DNA from: Ancylonema sp.
Taxonomy: Eukaryota
Assembly (NCBI GenBank): GCA_050230475.1
Contig: JBFLGF010000030.1
Span: forward strand, 1-64,000
Direction: 5' to 3'
DNA length: 64,000 nucleotides
The translations under genes were made by a program, and so were the position numbers. Positions 1-15,617 of this stretch are shown here, piece by piece; the stretch's first letter is position 1; each line of letters starts with the position of its first letter. The notes under the pieces were generated by a model. It had not been told where the DNA came from, ran no database searches, and saw only the letters and a program-made list of their open reading frames with translations.

Positions 1-3000
1 GGTGCACTCCATGCTACAGGTGGCGGAGGCACGCCAGCTGGACGAGGGGATCCGACATCTGGCGGTAGAGTTTGTGGTGACGCTGGCGGAGGCCCGGGAT
101 CGCGCGCCTGGCATGATGCGGAAGCTTCCCAACTTCGTCCCCCGCCTTTTCAGTATCCTCGTCCATCAGCTGCTCGAGGTGGAGGACGATCCTGCGTGGT
201 CCACGTCGCTCAACGACGACGACGAGCAGAACAGCAGCGATTTCGAGGTGGCGCAGGAGTGCCTGGACCGTCTGGCGATCGCGCTGGGGGGAAACACGGT
301 GCTGCCTGTCGCCTCCCAGCTCCTCCCACCCCTTATGGCGGACTCGCTGTGGCAGAAGCGCCACGCGGCTCTGGTGGTGCTCTCTCAGATTGCGGAGGGG
401 TGCTCCAAGCTCATGGGCCGTAACCTGGGGGCGGTGGTGGGGATGATTCTGATGGCATTCAGCGACCCGCACCCGCGGGTGCGATGGGCGGCATGCAATG
501 CCATTGGCCAGCTCTGCACCGATCTCGGGCCGGACCTACAGGAGCAGCATCACCACCAGATCATGCCGAAGCTGCTGGCAGCCCTGGAGGACAAGCTAAA
601 CCCCAGGGTTCAGGTACCGTTATACCCTCGAGCAGTACACTGAAAGAACGATACCCTGTACGGAAGGTTCCTTCGTATCAATCATGTCAGCCGAGGTGGA
701 GGAGAGGGTGGTGATGGGTTGGGGCTGTGGTCGGGGTTGGTGTATTTCGCAGGCCCATGCCGCCGCGGCTGTTCTGAATTTCAGCGACAGCGCTCCCCCC
801 GCGGTGCTTGCCCCGTACCTGGACGCGCTGGTGACTCAGCTCCTCACCCTCCTCCAGAGCGGCCACCGCATGCTGCAGGAGGGCGCCCTCACCTCCCTGG
901 CCGCCGTGGCCGACTGCAGCGGGGAGCTGTTCCAGCGCTACTACCCGGCGGTCATGCCCGTGCTGAAGCTCGTGCTCGCGAGCAGCCTGGTGGGGAAGGA
1001 GCTGCGCATGCTGAGGGCGAGGTCCATCGAGTGCATCAGTCTGGTGGGGATGGCGGTGGGGAAGGACAAGTTCCAGGGGGACGCCAAGGAGGTCATGGAC
1101 ACCCTACTGCAGCTGCAGCAGGCAGGGGGTGAAGAGGAGGACGATCCCACCACCTCCTACAGGTGAGGAAGCGTCCGACGCCTCCGCATCTTTCCCCGCC
1201 TCTTCCTTCCTGATGCCTTGGTGGGTCTGTGGACTGTGGACTGTGGACTGTGGACTGTGGGTGTCTCAGGCTCCAGGCGTGGGCCCGCTTGTGTCGCTGT
1301 TTGGGCGCCGAGATTTTGCCGTACCTGTCCGTCGTCATGCCCCCCCTGCTGCGCTCGGCCAAGCTCAAGGCGGACGTCAAAATTACGGACGCGGAGGAGG
1401 AGGATGAGGAAGACGAGGAAGGCGATGATAGGTGCGGACGAAGGAGGGCTGGGCTGGGCCGGGCTGGGTTGGGAGCAGGTTGGCGTTGCACAAGCTGAGC
1501 GTGTTGGTTGGTGCTGTCGGTGTTTGGGGGTTGGTGTTTCTTCCCAGTATTGAGAGTATGGTGATTGGCGACAAGCGCATCCAGATCCGCACCTCCGTGT
1601 TGGAGGAGAAGGCGACCGCGTGCAACATGCTGCTGTGCTACTGCGACGAGTTGAAGGAGGGTTTCTTCCCCTACGTGGAGGAGGTGGCCGCCCTCATGGT
1701 GCCCCTCCTCACCTTCTACTTCCACGAGGAGGTGCGGAGGGCGGCCGTGTCCGCCATGCCGGACCTGCTCACCGCCGCCAAGCTGGCGGTGGAGAAGGGG
1801 GTGGCGGGTGGGGCGGGGCCCGCCTACGTGAAGCAGCTGTGCGACTATTTGGTGGACCCCCTGGTGGCCGCGGTTGCCAAGGAACCGGATGCGGAGATCT
1901 GCGGTTGCATGCTGGAGGCGCTGGCAGACTGCGTGGTGGCGGCAGGGACGCTGCTGGGGGAGGCGCAGGTGGGGGCCGTGGTGGAGCAGCTGCTCAAGGT
2001 GGGGGCTGCAAGCAAGGAGAGGAGGAAGGACAGGGAGCAGCGGACGCACGCGGAGGACTTCGATGAGGAGGAGAAGGAGGCCATGGAGGAGGAGAATGAG
2101 GCGGAGGACTATGTGATTGAACAGGTGGGGAGGGGGAGCACAGTAACTAACACAAGAGAAGAGGCAGGGGGAATTGAAAGCCGATTATTTTTTCTACTTT
2201 TCCTTCTGGTCTTTAGGTGGGCGAGGTGGTGGAGAAGTTGATTTCCACCTTCAAGCAGAGCGCGCATTTAGTGTTGGAGCCTCTGCTGGTCATGTTCAGA
2301 GAACTCACGGTACGCCGCCCCTCCTTGCACACAACCTGCCCCCTTGTCGCTCATCACTGCCCTGCTGACAGCTGGCAAGAGGGGGGTGGGGGTGGTGATC
2401 AGAACAAGGAGCACTCTTCGTGTGAGCGCCGCGTGGCCATCTGCGTGTTTGACCAGCTGGCGGAGCATGTGGGCCCCACCGACCCTCGCGTGTTCTCTCT
2501 CTGCATTCCCCTCCTCCTCGACTCCAGTACGGATACCCACGCGGAGGTACGGCAGGCGGCCCTGTACGGGATCGGGGTCTGCGCCGTGGTAGGCGGAACC
2601 AGTTTCGCGCCGTATGTGAACGGTGTGGGGTGGGGAGACAATGGGGAGGGGGGCGTGGGGAGGCAGGGAGTGGGGTGGGACAGTGGACTAAGCAGTGTTT
2701 ATTTTCGGGTGGGTTTGGGGGAGCAGACGCTTTGGCAAGACTGAGTTCCGTCATGGGCGCCCCTAATTGCCGTGGGGAGGACAACGAGGCTGCCACCGAT
2801 AACGCGGTGTCTGCCTTGGGGAAGATTGTTGCGTACCAGGAGGGGGTGGTGGACGTGGCGCAGCTTCTGCCTCGCTGGCTTGCCTACCTCCCCATGCGCA
2901 ACGACAAGGAGGAGGCGGCCGCGTGCCACCTGCAGCTGGCCAACCTGCTGGAAACCTCCAACCCGCACCTTCTGGGCCCCAACAACGAGCACCTCCCCCA

Positions 3001-3193
3001 CCTCATCTCCGTGTGCGTGGAGGTGATCACAGCGGGCACGCAGCTGGCAACGGGGGAGGTGGTGGCGCGCCTCACAGCCCTGCTGCGGCAATTGCATGCG
3101 GACGTGCTCACGCAATGGTGTCAAGGCCTGCCGGCGCGGACGGCTGTGATTACCAAAATCCTTGCGGCTTCGCCGGCGGGAGGGCCCCCCTGA
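1..3193 (+). CDS. IPO5: Importin-5 / importin beta-3 (karyopherin, HEAT repeats); multi-exon, 5' end outside window
   Basis: Exon ORFs give typical importin-5 peptides: AQECLDRLAIALGG, DPHPRVRWAACNAIGQLCTDLGP, RMLRARSIECISLVGMAVGK, IRTSVLEEKATACNML, FYFHEEVRRAAVSAMPDLL, ATDNAVSALGKI. GT-AG introns at about 614-752, 1163-1269, 1432-1547, 2125-2216, 2310-2402 and 2623-2726; TGA at 3191-3193. Confidence 0.93.
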
Positions 3194-3821
3194 GAGAGGC
3201 CCGCAGAGCTTGAGCTTGCCATGCCTGCTGTGCCTGAAATGAGTATCTTCTATATTCTCATAAGAAAGGTGTTCAGGCGTCATTTGTTTGTGGAGGAAGG
3301 CTGACAGAGACCACCGGCCAACTGCAAGGATATTCGAAATTTGTTCCCTTCCTGCTCACCTGGACCATACTTGCGGCTGCAAGGATTGGTGGGGTTGCGG
3401 AAAGCAGTCCACCGCGTGATCAGCTGGGGGATCCCATTCAATTGAGGTGTAGATTGAGAGGATAGACGTTGTGTAGTTTGGAAGGGGATGATTGAGTACA
3501 GAGAGGCTATGATGTCAAACATCAGCACGTGATGGTTATCTTTTTAGGTTAAGTGAGTGTAGATTGTGAGTGCGATTTTTGGTAAGTAGCTCCGCGCACA
3601 CGTGCAGAAAGGGAGTAGCTGGTACAAATAAAGAATGACACAGGGCATTCCGTCACTGTATTTCGCTGTCAGGGAGTCGAAGGGTCGAGGGTGGGAGATC
3701 ACTAAATTGTACGTTCTGCCACGCTATTTCGTCTTGTGCCAAAAAAAATGTATTGTACAACAAAAATGTGGGTGCAGTTTGGAAAGTGTTTGAAATTCTA
3801 GCCTCCACATCTACTGCTGAT

Positions 3822-5448
<1,627 letters not shown>

Positions 5449-5622
5449 TGTCGTTGAGCTTACTGAGAATCCTTCCCACCTCTTCCCATCTCTTGTTTAT
5501 TTAGCGAGGGCAGAGAAGCGGTGGCATGCCACGGATGCACGCCCTCCCTGGCGAGAGGGCGCCAGACAAATGTCGGTGAAAATCTGTCTGACTTAATAAT
5601 ATCATTGCTAATCAGGCGTGAC

Positions 5623-7026
5623 TAGGGATGGGTCCCAAGCCGCAACCCCACCCAACCCCGCAACTCCGTTCGGGTCGCGCAACTCCCGCCCCCGAGCAGG
5701 CCAAACCCAACCAACCCAACCCGCAGCACGGAGTCGCGAGTTGCGTGGAGTTGCGGGGTTGCGTCGGGGTTGCGTGTTGCATTTCGGGGTTGCGTGGGGT
5801 TGCGTGGGGTTGCGTGGGTTGCGAAAAAAAATGAAAGAGGGAAAATATCGATCCCATTATAGGATCGATATCTCGATCTAGAGTTCAGATTTTTCGTCAT
5901 GGATTTCCCTCATCTTGGAAGTGACAAAGCCTTCTTCAGAGTCCCACATTTAGAACTCAAATATGTTGACCGGTAAACGATTTGTAGTGTGGGGAGGCAG
6001 CCATGGCCGACGAAAGTAGCAGAGATTGAGCTCCAGACAGCTCCGATTCAGGCTCTTATAATTCACGTAGATCTAGGTCCCCAACGGTATTTCTTGTGGG
6101 AGAAAAGTTCTGCACCCGGTATGTGCACGCTTTGGTCAAGTGGGGGATACACTTCGTACAGCGTCCTAAATGGCTATGGCAAAACAAACAAAAAGCAAAC
6201 AAAGCCAGGGGCTTTGTACAAAGCCTTGGGTTGGAGTGAAGAGTGTGATGAAGATGAGGATGTACCGACGGGCTCAACGAAAGTCACTCTTGAGTCCCTC
6301 TTTGGCGACTTGAAGATGCCGTCCATTAGCATTGCCGACCTCCTTGCCTACAATCTGGGATAGTTGATAGTATAACATAAGCTTCGAGTTATGACTGCAA
6401 CACTTTTATTTATGACAATTTTGGTATGTATTGCATTAAATTTGCTAAATGTGTCGGTCCGAATCCAATATCTGTAATGTTCGTTGCTAAATATCCTCGT
6501 GCAGTCTCTCACACCCACCTAAAAATATTACCCACACAATGGCCTCAAGTATTGATTACTTTTCGTCGTTATACTCCAAAGCGCTGCAATGGTGTCACAC
6601 TCCCATGAAATAATAATCAATATGAATTAATATGAATATGATAATTAAGGTGAATTAGTATGTTAGTTTTACAATACAAGAAATACAAGTTATGTTTACA
6701 ATGAGATTATCGAACTACCTTCCAATGATTGTATCTTTCTCATGTGCAGTGCGTTACTATTAAGAACGCTCAACTCGCATATGTATCATAAATTTGTTTC
6801 CAAACTCGCATTGCATCATTTGGGGGTGAAAACCCTTTTTTTAGTGGTTTTTTGGGGTTGCGTGTTGCTTTTTGGGGTCGCGTGTTGCTTTTCGGGGTTG
6901 CGTATTGCTTTTTGGGGTTGCGTGTCGCTACTTGGGTTTGCGTAGGGTTGGATGGGGTTGCGTGGGGTTGCGAAAAAAACAATAACACGCAAACCCAAAG
7001 GGGTTTGGGGTTGCGCCCCATCCCTA
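5623..7026. mobile_element. Non-autonomous hAT-like DNA transposon (about 1.4 kb)
   Basis: TIR TAGGGATGGG...CCCATCCCTA; 8-bp TSD GGCGTGAC (5615-5622) / GGCGTAAC (7027-7034); arrays of GCAACCC/GGGTTGCG subterminal repeats at both ends. Confidence 0.85.
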
Positions 7027-8622
7027 GGCGTAACCTTATAAACTTTAATTAGGGGGTTACCCCTACATTTCTAAAATCAAGGTGGAATGCAGTTTCGACT
7101 TGGGTTGCAATTTTAGGCCCTAACATCTTGGAGGTAATTACTAAGGTTAAATACCAAGTATAATTAACGGTAATTATGTAATTGATGATTAAACTTAAAA
7201 ATGCTAATAATTCACGAGATACATCAATATTGGGTCAAACAGTAACGCTGATCACAATGGTTGAGCTAGAAAATATATATTATGAAGATTAGCATACTTT
7301 TTTATCATGACATTTGACGTCATATTGACAAACGGATTGCTTACCGAAAAAACCCAAAAAAGTTATTTGGTTATTGTTTTTTTGGCATCGGTACGAGACC
7401 CCGACCAAGGTAATTCACATGGACATTGACTGAGTGTTCAATGGTCGTAGACTAGATATTGGATACAACAAAAGCTCGTACTTTATTTATATTTTTGTTG
7501 CGAGGGCGACCTAATTGGAGAAGTAACTTAAAACGTTGTTGCAATTGGAATTCACATGTAACCATACACAAATTCAGTTTGTTGCGAAAGCGACACACCT
7601 CTCAAAATAAGGATCATGCAAAGATTGTTTTGCTTCACAAAAAACATAGAAAATATTTTTATAAAAACTATAAACACATTGGGAACACATTGGGAACGTT
7701 TTGCTTTTAATTTCTTTAAGTAAGTTCCCAATATTAGAAAAATAATGAAACCAACCTTCTCATGTCAACACACGTTCCTCCCTATGATACATAAATTTTT
7801 ACAACAAATTTACGTGGCCATAAATACCTTTTATTGGGAAATCCTATGTCAAACAGCTAGAGTAACTTCTCATTTCAATTTTAGACATAGAGTGTCGACA
7901 CGAATGGTACATACTTACAATTAAAATTGGGAGGACCATAATGTTTCGTCCAGATTTATACAATACATGCCTCATGCGTCTAGATCACGTTAATGGTGGC
8001 CTTATCAACAACCGGCTCTTCCGCCCGATCTCGGATTATCACCCAGAATCTGACGTATTTATTAATAACATGTCTTAACTTATGTATTTTTCCGGTCTCG
8101 ACACTATTAATTAAGACACGTTTTACTCTAGATCGTAACTAAAAAAAATCGACGACCTCCCTTTCACGTCAAGCCCTCGTGGTCCTTCATTCTCGGTTTC
8201 TCCCCAATTACTCATTACTAGTAGTCTCCATAACACTCCCGTCAAACAACTATCGTTGGGAGAGGTCCGCACTAGAAGTGCTACAAATGTTTCCCTCCGT
8301 CATATGTCAAAATGGTTTTGATCCTTCTAGAATAACTCCACATCCGCATTTTCTTTTCCATACTCTATTTTATAGGACCTAATTATTCATGATTAGGCCC
8401 TACAAACATAATAATAGGCCCTAAATGGAGGGTTCTAAACTTAGACCTAAATATTGGAGGTATCAATTCTTATTTTTTACGGGCACGTTTTTCGGCCAAT
8501 TATTCAACCTATCTTTAAAATATTAGTAACGTATAGTTAGGGATTGGATTTTCAACCTTCCGCATAGCTAGTTTCGAGTCTAATGGTACCCTGAGAATCT
8601 AGAACTTTCGGTGTGTTTTGCG

Positions 8623-9301
8623 CGTACACATACCCGCCCGCGGAGAAATTCCCGCCCGCCTACGCTTGCTCGCGGTTTCGCGCCACCCGGCCGCCCGATT
8701 ACGGGCGGGATACGTTTCGGGATTTCAAGAAAGGAAGTTAATGAAAACATAGCTTTCAGACGTTTTATAGTATTTAAACAGTTATTAAAAAAAAAAAAAA
8801 AAAAAAAAGGATTGTGTAGAGGGGACCATGTAGTTGATATTAGCACTTTCTGTTTTTTATTTGGGAGAGACTGGGGCACACCAACCAGGCGACTGCGGAC
8901 ACACCCCTCCGATAGCCCAAAGTCTCTCCCTTTTCTAAACTCCACATTGATTGGAAAATAATAAATAAAAGTGCTAATATCAACTACATGGTCCCCTCTA
9001 TAATATCCTAGAAAAAACATAGAATATCATGAAACGTTTGCTTTTTTATTTATATTTTGAACTTGGTCATTTTCAAGGGAGAAACTACGGGCATTCGAAG
9101 GGGTTTGCCCACAGTCGCTTAGGGGTGTGCCCGCAGTCTCTCCCTTTTTATTATGATTAATGTGGAGTTTTATAAACTGAAAACACCGGGACCTTGAAGA
9201 AAAACCGCGAGACCTATACACCCGCCCGCCACTTGGGAATTCCCGCCCGCGTTTCGCCCGCGAACGGATTCGCGGCGATTTCGACGGGCGTGTAATCTAT
9301 G
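8623..9301. mobile_element. hAT-like non-autonomous element with CCCGCCCG subterminal repeats
   Basis: 8-bp direct repeat GTTTTGCG at 8615-8622 and 9302-9309; imperfect TIR CGTACACATACCCGCCCG / CGGGCGTGTAATCTATG. Confidence 0.6.
8817..9000. mobile_element. Small MITE (about 180 bp) nested in the hAT-like element
   Basis: Perfect 33-bp inverted repeat TAGAGGGGACCATGTAGTTGATATTAGCACTTT at 8817-8849 and its reverse complement at 8968-9000; the outer TA is the probable TSD. Confidence 0.8.
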
Positions 9302-9852
9302 GTTTTGCGCACATTTCTAGACCAAAAATGCATAGCGGGACTCCACCCCTTACACGCATTCGCGGACAACCACATTATCAAAGTCATCAAGGTATGAAGT
9401 ATAACATCACATTCATTCTCGAAATCGGTCTTTTGTTCCCACATCGAAAACATGAATGTAAACCTTTGCAAATGATGGAAGTACAACTAAATGTCTCGAC
9501 ACAATGGTATCGTCTCATCGTGAAATGAGACGAACCATGGAACGAAATACGAAGACAAACCACTTTTTTTTTTTTTTTTTTGCGTATCCGTCTCGGACCG
9601 GAATTGATGCTCGAAATTGCAATTGCATTATCTATCGCCAATATGGGTTTACAAGACAAGCTTATCATTACGTTTGCATGCACAACATGACTCGCTATAA
9701 CCCTCGTAGCGCCTCTTGATTTTTTGTCCCGCCTCTTACAAAGTCCTCTCAAAGACGACCAAGTGACCTTCCACCCTTTCGAGCCTTCCAGGATGGAGGC
9801 AGAGTACTACGAAAATGAGCCCCTTAAAAATCGGGAATAAAGGAATTGCACT

Positions 9853-11015
9853 TAGGGTTGGCGAGACCGTCCTACTGCCCTACTCCCTACCGTCCCACCG
9901 CGGTAGCTACCGATGCACAAACATGCATTAGGAGGGGGTAGGGTTTTAGACCAACCGCGGCCTTGTAGCTCGGTAGGGGATAGGGCGATAGGGAGGAACC
10001 GGTAGGTATCGGTGGGGATTGGTAAGAATCGGTAGGGATCGGTAGGGAATCGAATAATATCCGGTTATTATTCGGTTTTCTTTAAACTTAAAACCGTAAA
10101 ACGTAAACCCTAAAGGACGCAAATGATGACGATAAGAACTCTCATGAATCACATTAGAGAATCGAATATGGGGGGTTACTGTAATTCAATGTAGGAGGGT
10201 AGAATAATAAATAATGTGTAGGTGTTTTGAATATAGATTCGGAAGGAAGCGCTAGAGACTACAACTAAATCACGTGCATTTATTTATAATGCATTGTTGC
10301 GGTAGTTCGTGGGATATTACTCACCAATGGGCTAAATTTCAGCAATCATTTCATTTAAAGTCCATCTCCTCATGGAAGGCAAATCCAAGAATGCAGTAGA
10401 GCCTTTCATGAAGATGCCCAATGCCTTACATTTTCATTTATGTGTAAATTCAATCCTCCATTCGAGTACGTAGTTGTTGTATCAATGTATCAATGTATCA
10501 ATGTTGTTGAATTGATTAGCTCAACTAATCGATGCAATGTCCGTTCTCGAATTTGTTACGCTATTCATAGATCGCATCGTTAAAGGCATCAAATCATGTA
10601 AGAATGGTTACATATCTATCCACAATGGCGCGTTATTGCATCGATCGGTGATTCACATTCACACACCCTCTCAAATGTGTATAGCGATCCCGTCTCTTCC
10701 ACGGGTTACTATATTTTGGTTTCACGTATCCTTTAAAAACTAAGATATATACGTAACACGAAGCTAGCGACGAGGCTGCACATGATTGTCTACTTCGTGT
10801 GATAGATCGATCCAAGTTTTTTTTTCTCTCATTTTTTTTTTCTTACGGGTCAACTTTTGCCTTGATTTCACGCGAGAGAAAAAAAAACCTACCGTGTCCT
10901 ACCGCGCCCTACCGTCTTCCTACCGATTTTCCTACCGCCTACTGCTGCCTACTCCCTACCGATACCCAGCCGGGCCGGGCACCAAAATCGGTGGGAAAGC
11001 CTACCGCGAGCCATA
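9853..11015. mobile_element. Degenerate hAT-like non-autonomous element with CTACC/GGTAG subterminal repeats
   Basis: Starts TAGGGTTGGCG and ends with the imperfect complement CGCGAGCCATA; (A)TTGCACT occurs on both flanks (9845-9852, 11015-11022); many CTACCG motifs near both ends. Confidence 0.6.
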
Positions 11016-11319
11016 TTGCACTGAAGACCTGCTCCTGAAAAGACTTTTAGGGGTGTTTTTCTACGCTTATTTTGCTTTACAATTCATTATCGCATACTTT
11101 TCTGAGATAGCGAAGCGAGTTCTTAGGCTGCAATCCCTGGTGCTGAGCTTGGCGCTGGCTTGCGCACGGGAGGGATAACATGTTGTGATTGTCAGCGACG
11201 GTGAGGAAACACCGTCGCGAAGCCTATGTAGCATGCGTCATACAGTGAGTACTATTTGATAGGAGCCCTGGATAGGAGAACCCGACCCCCTCGGGATGTT
11301 CCCCTAGGCCATTTCCGGT

Positions 11320-14310
11320 ATGGGTACCAGTAGTGTCAATTTGAAACCACTCTGGAAATCCAATTCCATCATTCTGCTATTTTGCTGTCTCCTCTGCGTC
11401 ACTTTGCATGCGAACTCAAGGCGACCTGCACGAAAACGTGCGATTCAGGAGTCAATGTCCGCTTTGAGTACGGCGGTTGAAATTCAGAGGCGAGCAGAAT
11501 ACCTTTATCAGGTATACGCATGGGCATTACAACCCTCCGCTGAGTAATGTAGAGGTCTTGACGACAACCTGTGACTGGAGGGGTGCCGTAACGAAGCTCT
11601 AACTTGCGAATCCTGCAAGTTGAGCACCTCACTGTCGTACACCTAACGAAGCCCTAAAAGATCTTGCAATGTCAGGCGGCGGAAAAAAATAAATATTGTA
11701 TACGCATTTTTCTCCAGCGCCTATAATTACAATATTCTTGGCCATTTTCCGCCCCATCATCTCTTGCACATCAGTTTTCAGCTTCCCGTCCCAATCCCTC
11801 CGGGATTTCTGTATCATTTTCAGACATGGACCGACATGTACGGACTAAGTCCTGCGGCAACGACCCCTCCATTGCACATCCAGCGCCCTGCGGCCCCCCC
11901 GACCTCTTATAACAACTCCTTCGTCGTCCCTTCACCCCTGGCCCCCCACCTCGTCGACTGCTCTGTGGAAGGCTGGAAGGCAGAAGCAGCGGAGGCCCCG
12001 GGACGCAATGGGGAGGTGCCAGAGTGGTGGGGGAAGGAAAGAGGCCCAACCCCCCAGCGCCATACACGCCTACCCCGGCCCCACCCCCCCCCCCCCACAA
12101 CCTCAACCCCCCTGGGTGCGCGGGTGTGATGAGGACAACCTGCCAGCTACCCGCCGCGCGCAGGCGGATATCTGGAGGCACCAGCACCCGGTGAACTGCA
12201 AAATAAGAGGATTGAAATTTTTGTGGCATTCTTGGGTGTCCACAAACAGTTTTGGGTTGGGGTCGCAACTTCACATCATGACTGCGGGGTTGAGTCTAGC
12301 GATGACACATGGGAGGATTTTGGTGATTGACCCCAAATCTTTTGCCCGAGCGAATCACGAGGGTTGTGTGGGAGAGGCGAAGGGGTCGTTGGGGTGCTAT
12401 TTCCGACCAATCACGAAGCCGGAATGCACGGAATATGTGCGAGGGCTAGTGAAAGCGGGAGGTGGTAACGTAGTGATCTTGAATCAGAAATTGGATATAA
12501 GGTCCCTAAATCGAGCCTTGGCGAACGGGACCCAAGTTATGGAGTTGACGAAAGTCAACAAGGCACCGCGAGAACTCATTTCCGAAGCTGCTTCGTGAGT
12601 GATATGGACATTGTTTCTGAATAAGGGGAAAAGAAAGGATGAACATGAGCACTAAAAAACTAAGACGGACTCGGAGGTTTTTTAAGTTTGGGGAGAAGTG
12701 GTTGGCGTTGTCTTTTGAAAATCATGTTGTCCTTGGATGCTGTGTGTTGATGATGTAGATGAACGGTGAATGGTGTTGAAAAGTTATTGCCACTTGTATT
12801 GTGCCTTTCCGAGAATGAAACATTCAAAATCCCCTTGTGCCTTTTGTTCTATGTTCCTAAAGCGTCATCACGGTGTCTTCACATCACGTATCCGTTTTAT
12901 GTATTGTGTTTCGCGATTTTCGAGTCGACCGTTTTCCCGAATTTGTTGTGGCAGCTTATGGGGCGCACCGTGGAGAGAGGGTGGTGTGACAACGGACTTG
13001 TTCGGGACAGTGATGAAAAGCAGAGACGATATGCACCGTGTAAGAACTCTCGGGAGGTAGGGTGGCCTACACTATCTTTTGAGTTGGGTTGGAAAATGGA
13101 CAATCATTGTGTCTTTTGGTTCTCTTAAAAAATGGCAGACGCAGTGGTGGAGAGCCCAAGCCATGCGTTACATGATGAGGTGGCCCACTCCCTATTTATG
13201 CCACATTGTCAACAAGGTCCGCCACGTCACTAGGGGCCACGACGTCGCAGAACGCGTGGCGACAGCGGAATTCGGCCAAACACGAGCGATGCAAATGATG
13301 CGTAGGACGAAAGGAGGGCCGGGTGGGGTTGGAGAGGGGGGTGATTGGATACGTACAATTTCAATGAAGGAGTTTGCAAGAAGGGAGGGTGACGTGTACA
13401 TGCCTCGACCTATCGTGAGCATCCACGTGAGACAAGGGGACAAAGCACGCGAGATGCGATTGATTACCTTTGCATCACATATGTGGATGGCGGAGCGATT
13501 GAGGTTCCATGTTCCAAATCTTCAAACCGTGTGGCTGAGTACGGAGATGGAGGTGGGCCTTTGGCTTCCTTACAAACCCATAGTGTAATACATTCAAATA
13601 TGCGTTGAGATGGAATGGTATGGATGACTCTCTCGCGAATCTTCCCCTTACCAAAGGACTTGTGCTTTTGAAAAAAAAAAGTGGTGGACAAATACGGTGG
13701 TACGAAGGTAAGATGAGGAAATCAAATACTTTGAGTTTAAGAAAATGTTGGTCTAACTTTGAAATGTGGATCTACAAGCTCACCTCAAATGCGTTGAATC
13801 TTGTCGTGTTGTTGGTGCGGCACTGTATTCTGGTGGTATTTAGAGATGTTGGCAATGAAGTTTGCAACCACTGTTTGCATTTATTCTCAACCTGAACTGG
13901 ATTTTCCTCTCTGATGTGGCAAGTGTTAGATCACGTATGTAGATTTCTTGGAAATTCTTAGAAGAAGAAGACTGCTTCTAAATTCTTGATTCTTTTTGCC
14001 AATGTCATGTACTGCTTTTTCCGCGCGTTTGCAGTCCGTGGTGGAGGATGTGAAGCTGTACTCGGATTGGAAATTTTTATTTACCACAAACAAGCGTCAA
14101 GTGGGCACTTTAGAAATGAAGAAGTACGAGAAGTTAGCTGGCAGACAACTTCTTGTCGAAATTAGTCTAGCCAACCTCCTTATTTCCGTAGAGTGTGACT
14201 TTTTTTTAGGAACATTAGGGTCCAATTGGAATCGCCTCATCAATGAGTTACGACTAACAAACGGTCGTTTCAAAACCGGGTACATAGCACTCAACTATAA
14301 AGAGTGGTAG
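11320..14310 (+). CDS. GT23-like (alpha-1,6-fucosyltransferase/FUT8-related) glycosyltransferase; about 5 exons
   Basis: N-terminal signal anchor (IILLFCCLLCVTL); IWRHQHPVNC, FGLGSQLH, WWRAQAMRYMMR, IVSIHVRQGDK (GT23 motif I-like), VWLSTE, ECDFFLGTLGSNWNRLINELR. Exons about 11320-11511, 11824-12594, 12955-13040, 13139-13552, 14035-14310. Confidence 0.8.
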
Positions 14311-15617
14311 CGAGGGATAACACAATCTCATAAGTGGGCTCTAAATCATTTCGACATCCTTCCTCTAGAATTTTGGCCTATGGCTAAAGAGGTCTTGCAC
14401 CTCATTTCGAAATCTTATGAGATGTAGTTAAGCGACTCGGCAATGATCCCAGACCTACCGTTGGTGCCATTTCAATACTTGTTGATAATCTTGTCTAGAG
14501 CAGCTCAGGTGTCTACAATACGCGCTGTACTTCAAATATTCACAGTCATTGTGACGTGATAAGACACGCGTTCAAGATACATATATGTGTGACTGTACAC
14601 CATGTAAACAAGTATACTAGATTTTCTCTGAGTATTTCGTGAACCTTGCCACAACAATCTTGTTCAACATCCAATCCTTATCGTGATTTAGCACTCGGCC
14701 GGCAATTCAAATCACCCTTAGCTCCTAAGAAATATTATACGCTGATCGTTTATGCTTGCGCATACGTTGTCTAGATAAGCAATCGAGCAACCTCCATTTT
14801 CCGCCCGTCTCCGGCTTTCCAAGTAAAACACTCAACTTCGCCGCTTTATCCGACTCATCGATACTCGCTCTACAAAATCGATACGATGTGCGGTGTGCGG
14901 TGTTCGATACTCGCTCAAAGAGAAGAGCGAAAATACATATTGATAGTCTATTGCACGTGAACAAGGATGGCAACAATGTCGAGGAAGGAATGTAGTGTAA
15001 TCGACATCTTTAAGACTATTTCGAAGCGAGCACAAGAACGTATGAAAAAAACAAGACAACAAAATATCATTATTATTATTTGCGTTCAACATACAGACAA
15101 GAGATGCTTCAACTTTCTAGGTATGGTATTTATTGTTGAGCAAATGCCTACAAAGTCCTACAGGTGCACCATGCCTTGAGTCATAGATCCACGGACCGGC
15201 GGAGCGGTGTTTGGAGGTCCCCGTTCCGGACTGGGGTCCGTCCTCTTAGGCCAATACTCTGTACCGGCTGTTTTGGATTATATCTGGTTTTTGAGGTTCT
15301 AAGAGTGTGTCCGTGGAGAAAAACCCGGGAATGTTTTTTTTCGTGTATAATTTTTTAATTTGCACGACACAAAATATGAAAAAACGATTTAAACAAAACG
15401 GTTGGACAAAATGAGTCCATGTGGGAAGACATGGGATCAGAGAACGAGCCATTGTGTATTGGAACGTGTCTAGGCGCAAGGACAAAACAACATAAGCCCA
15501 TACCATACTCATTCTGCTCCCGGTATGAATCATAAAAAGGGCACATAATTGATTGGCCGGTCTACAAATCAGCCGGCCAACCACAGGAACTCGCATTTGC
15601 CTTACAAGAGTGTTAAT

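Noticed and set aside
1093..2049. Long antisense ORFs over IPO5 and other GC-rich genes
   Set aside because: Shadow ORFs caused by high GC3; no recognisable motifs.
5989..6363. ORF inside the hAT-like element as a transposase remnant
   Set aside because: No convincing DDE or hAT dimerisation motif recognised.
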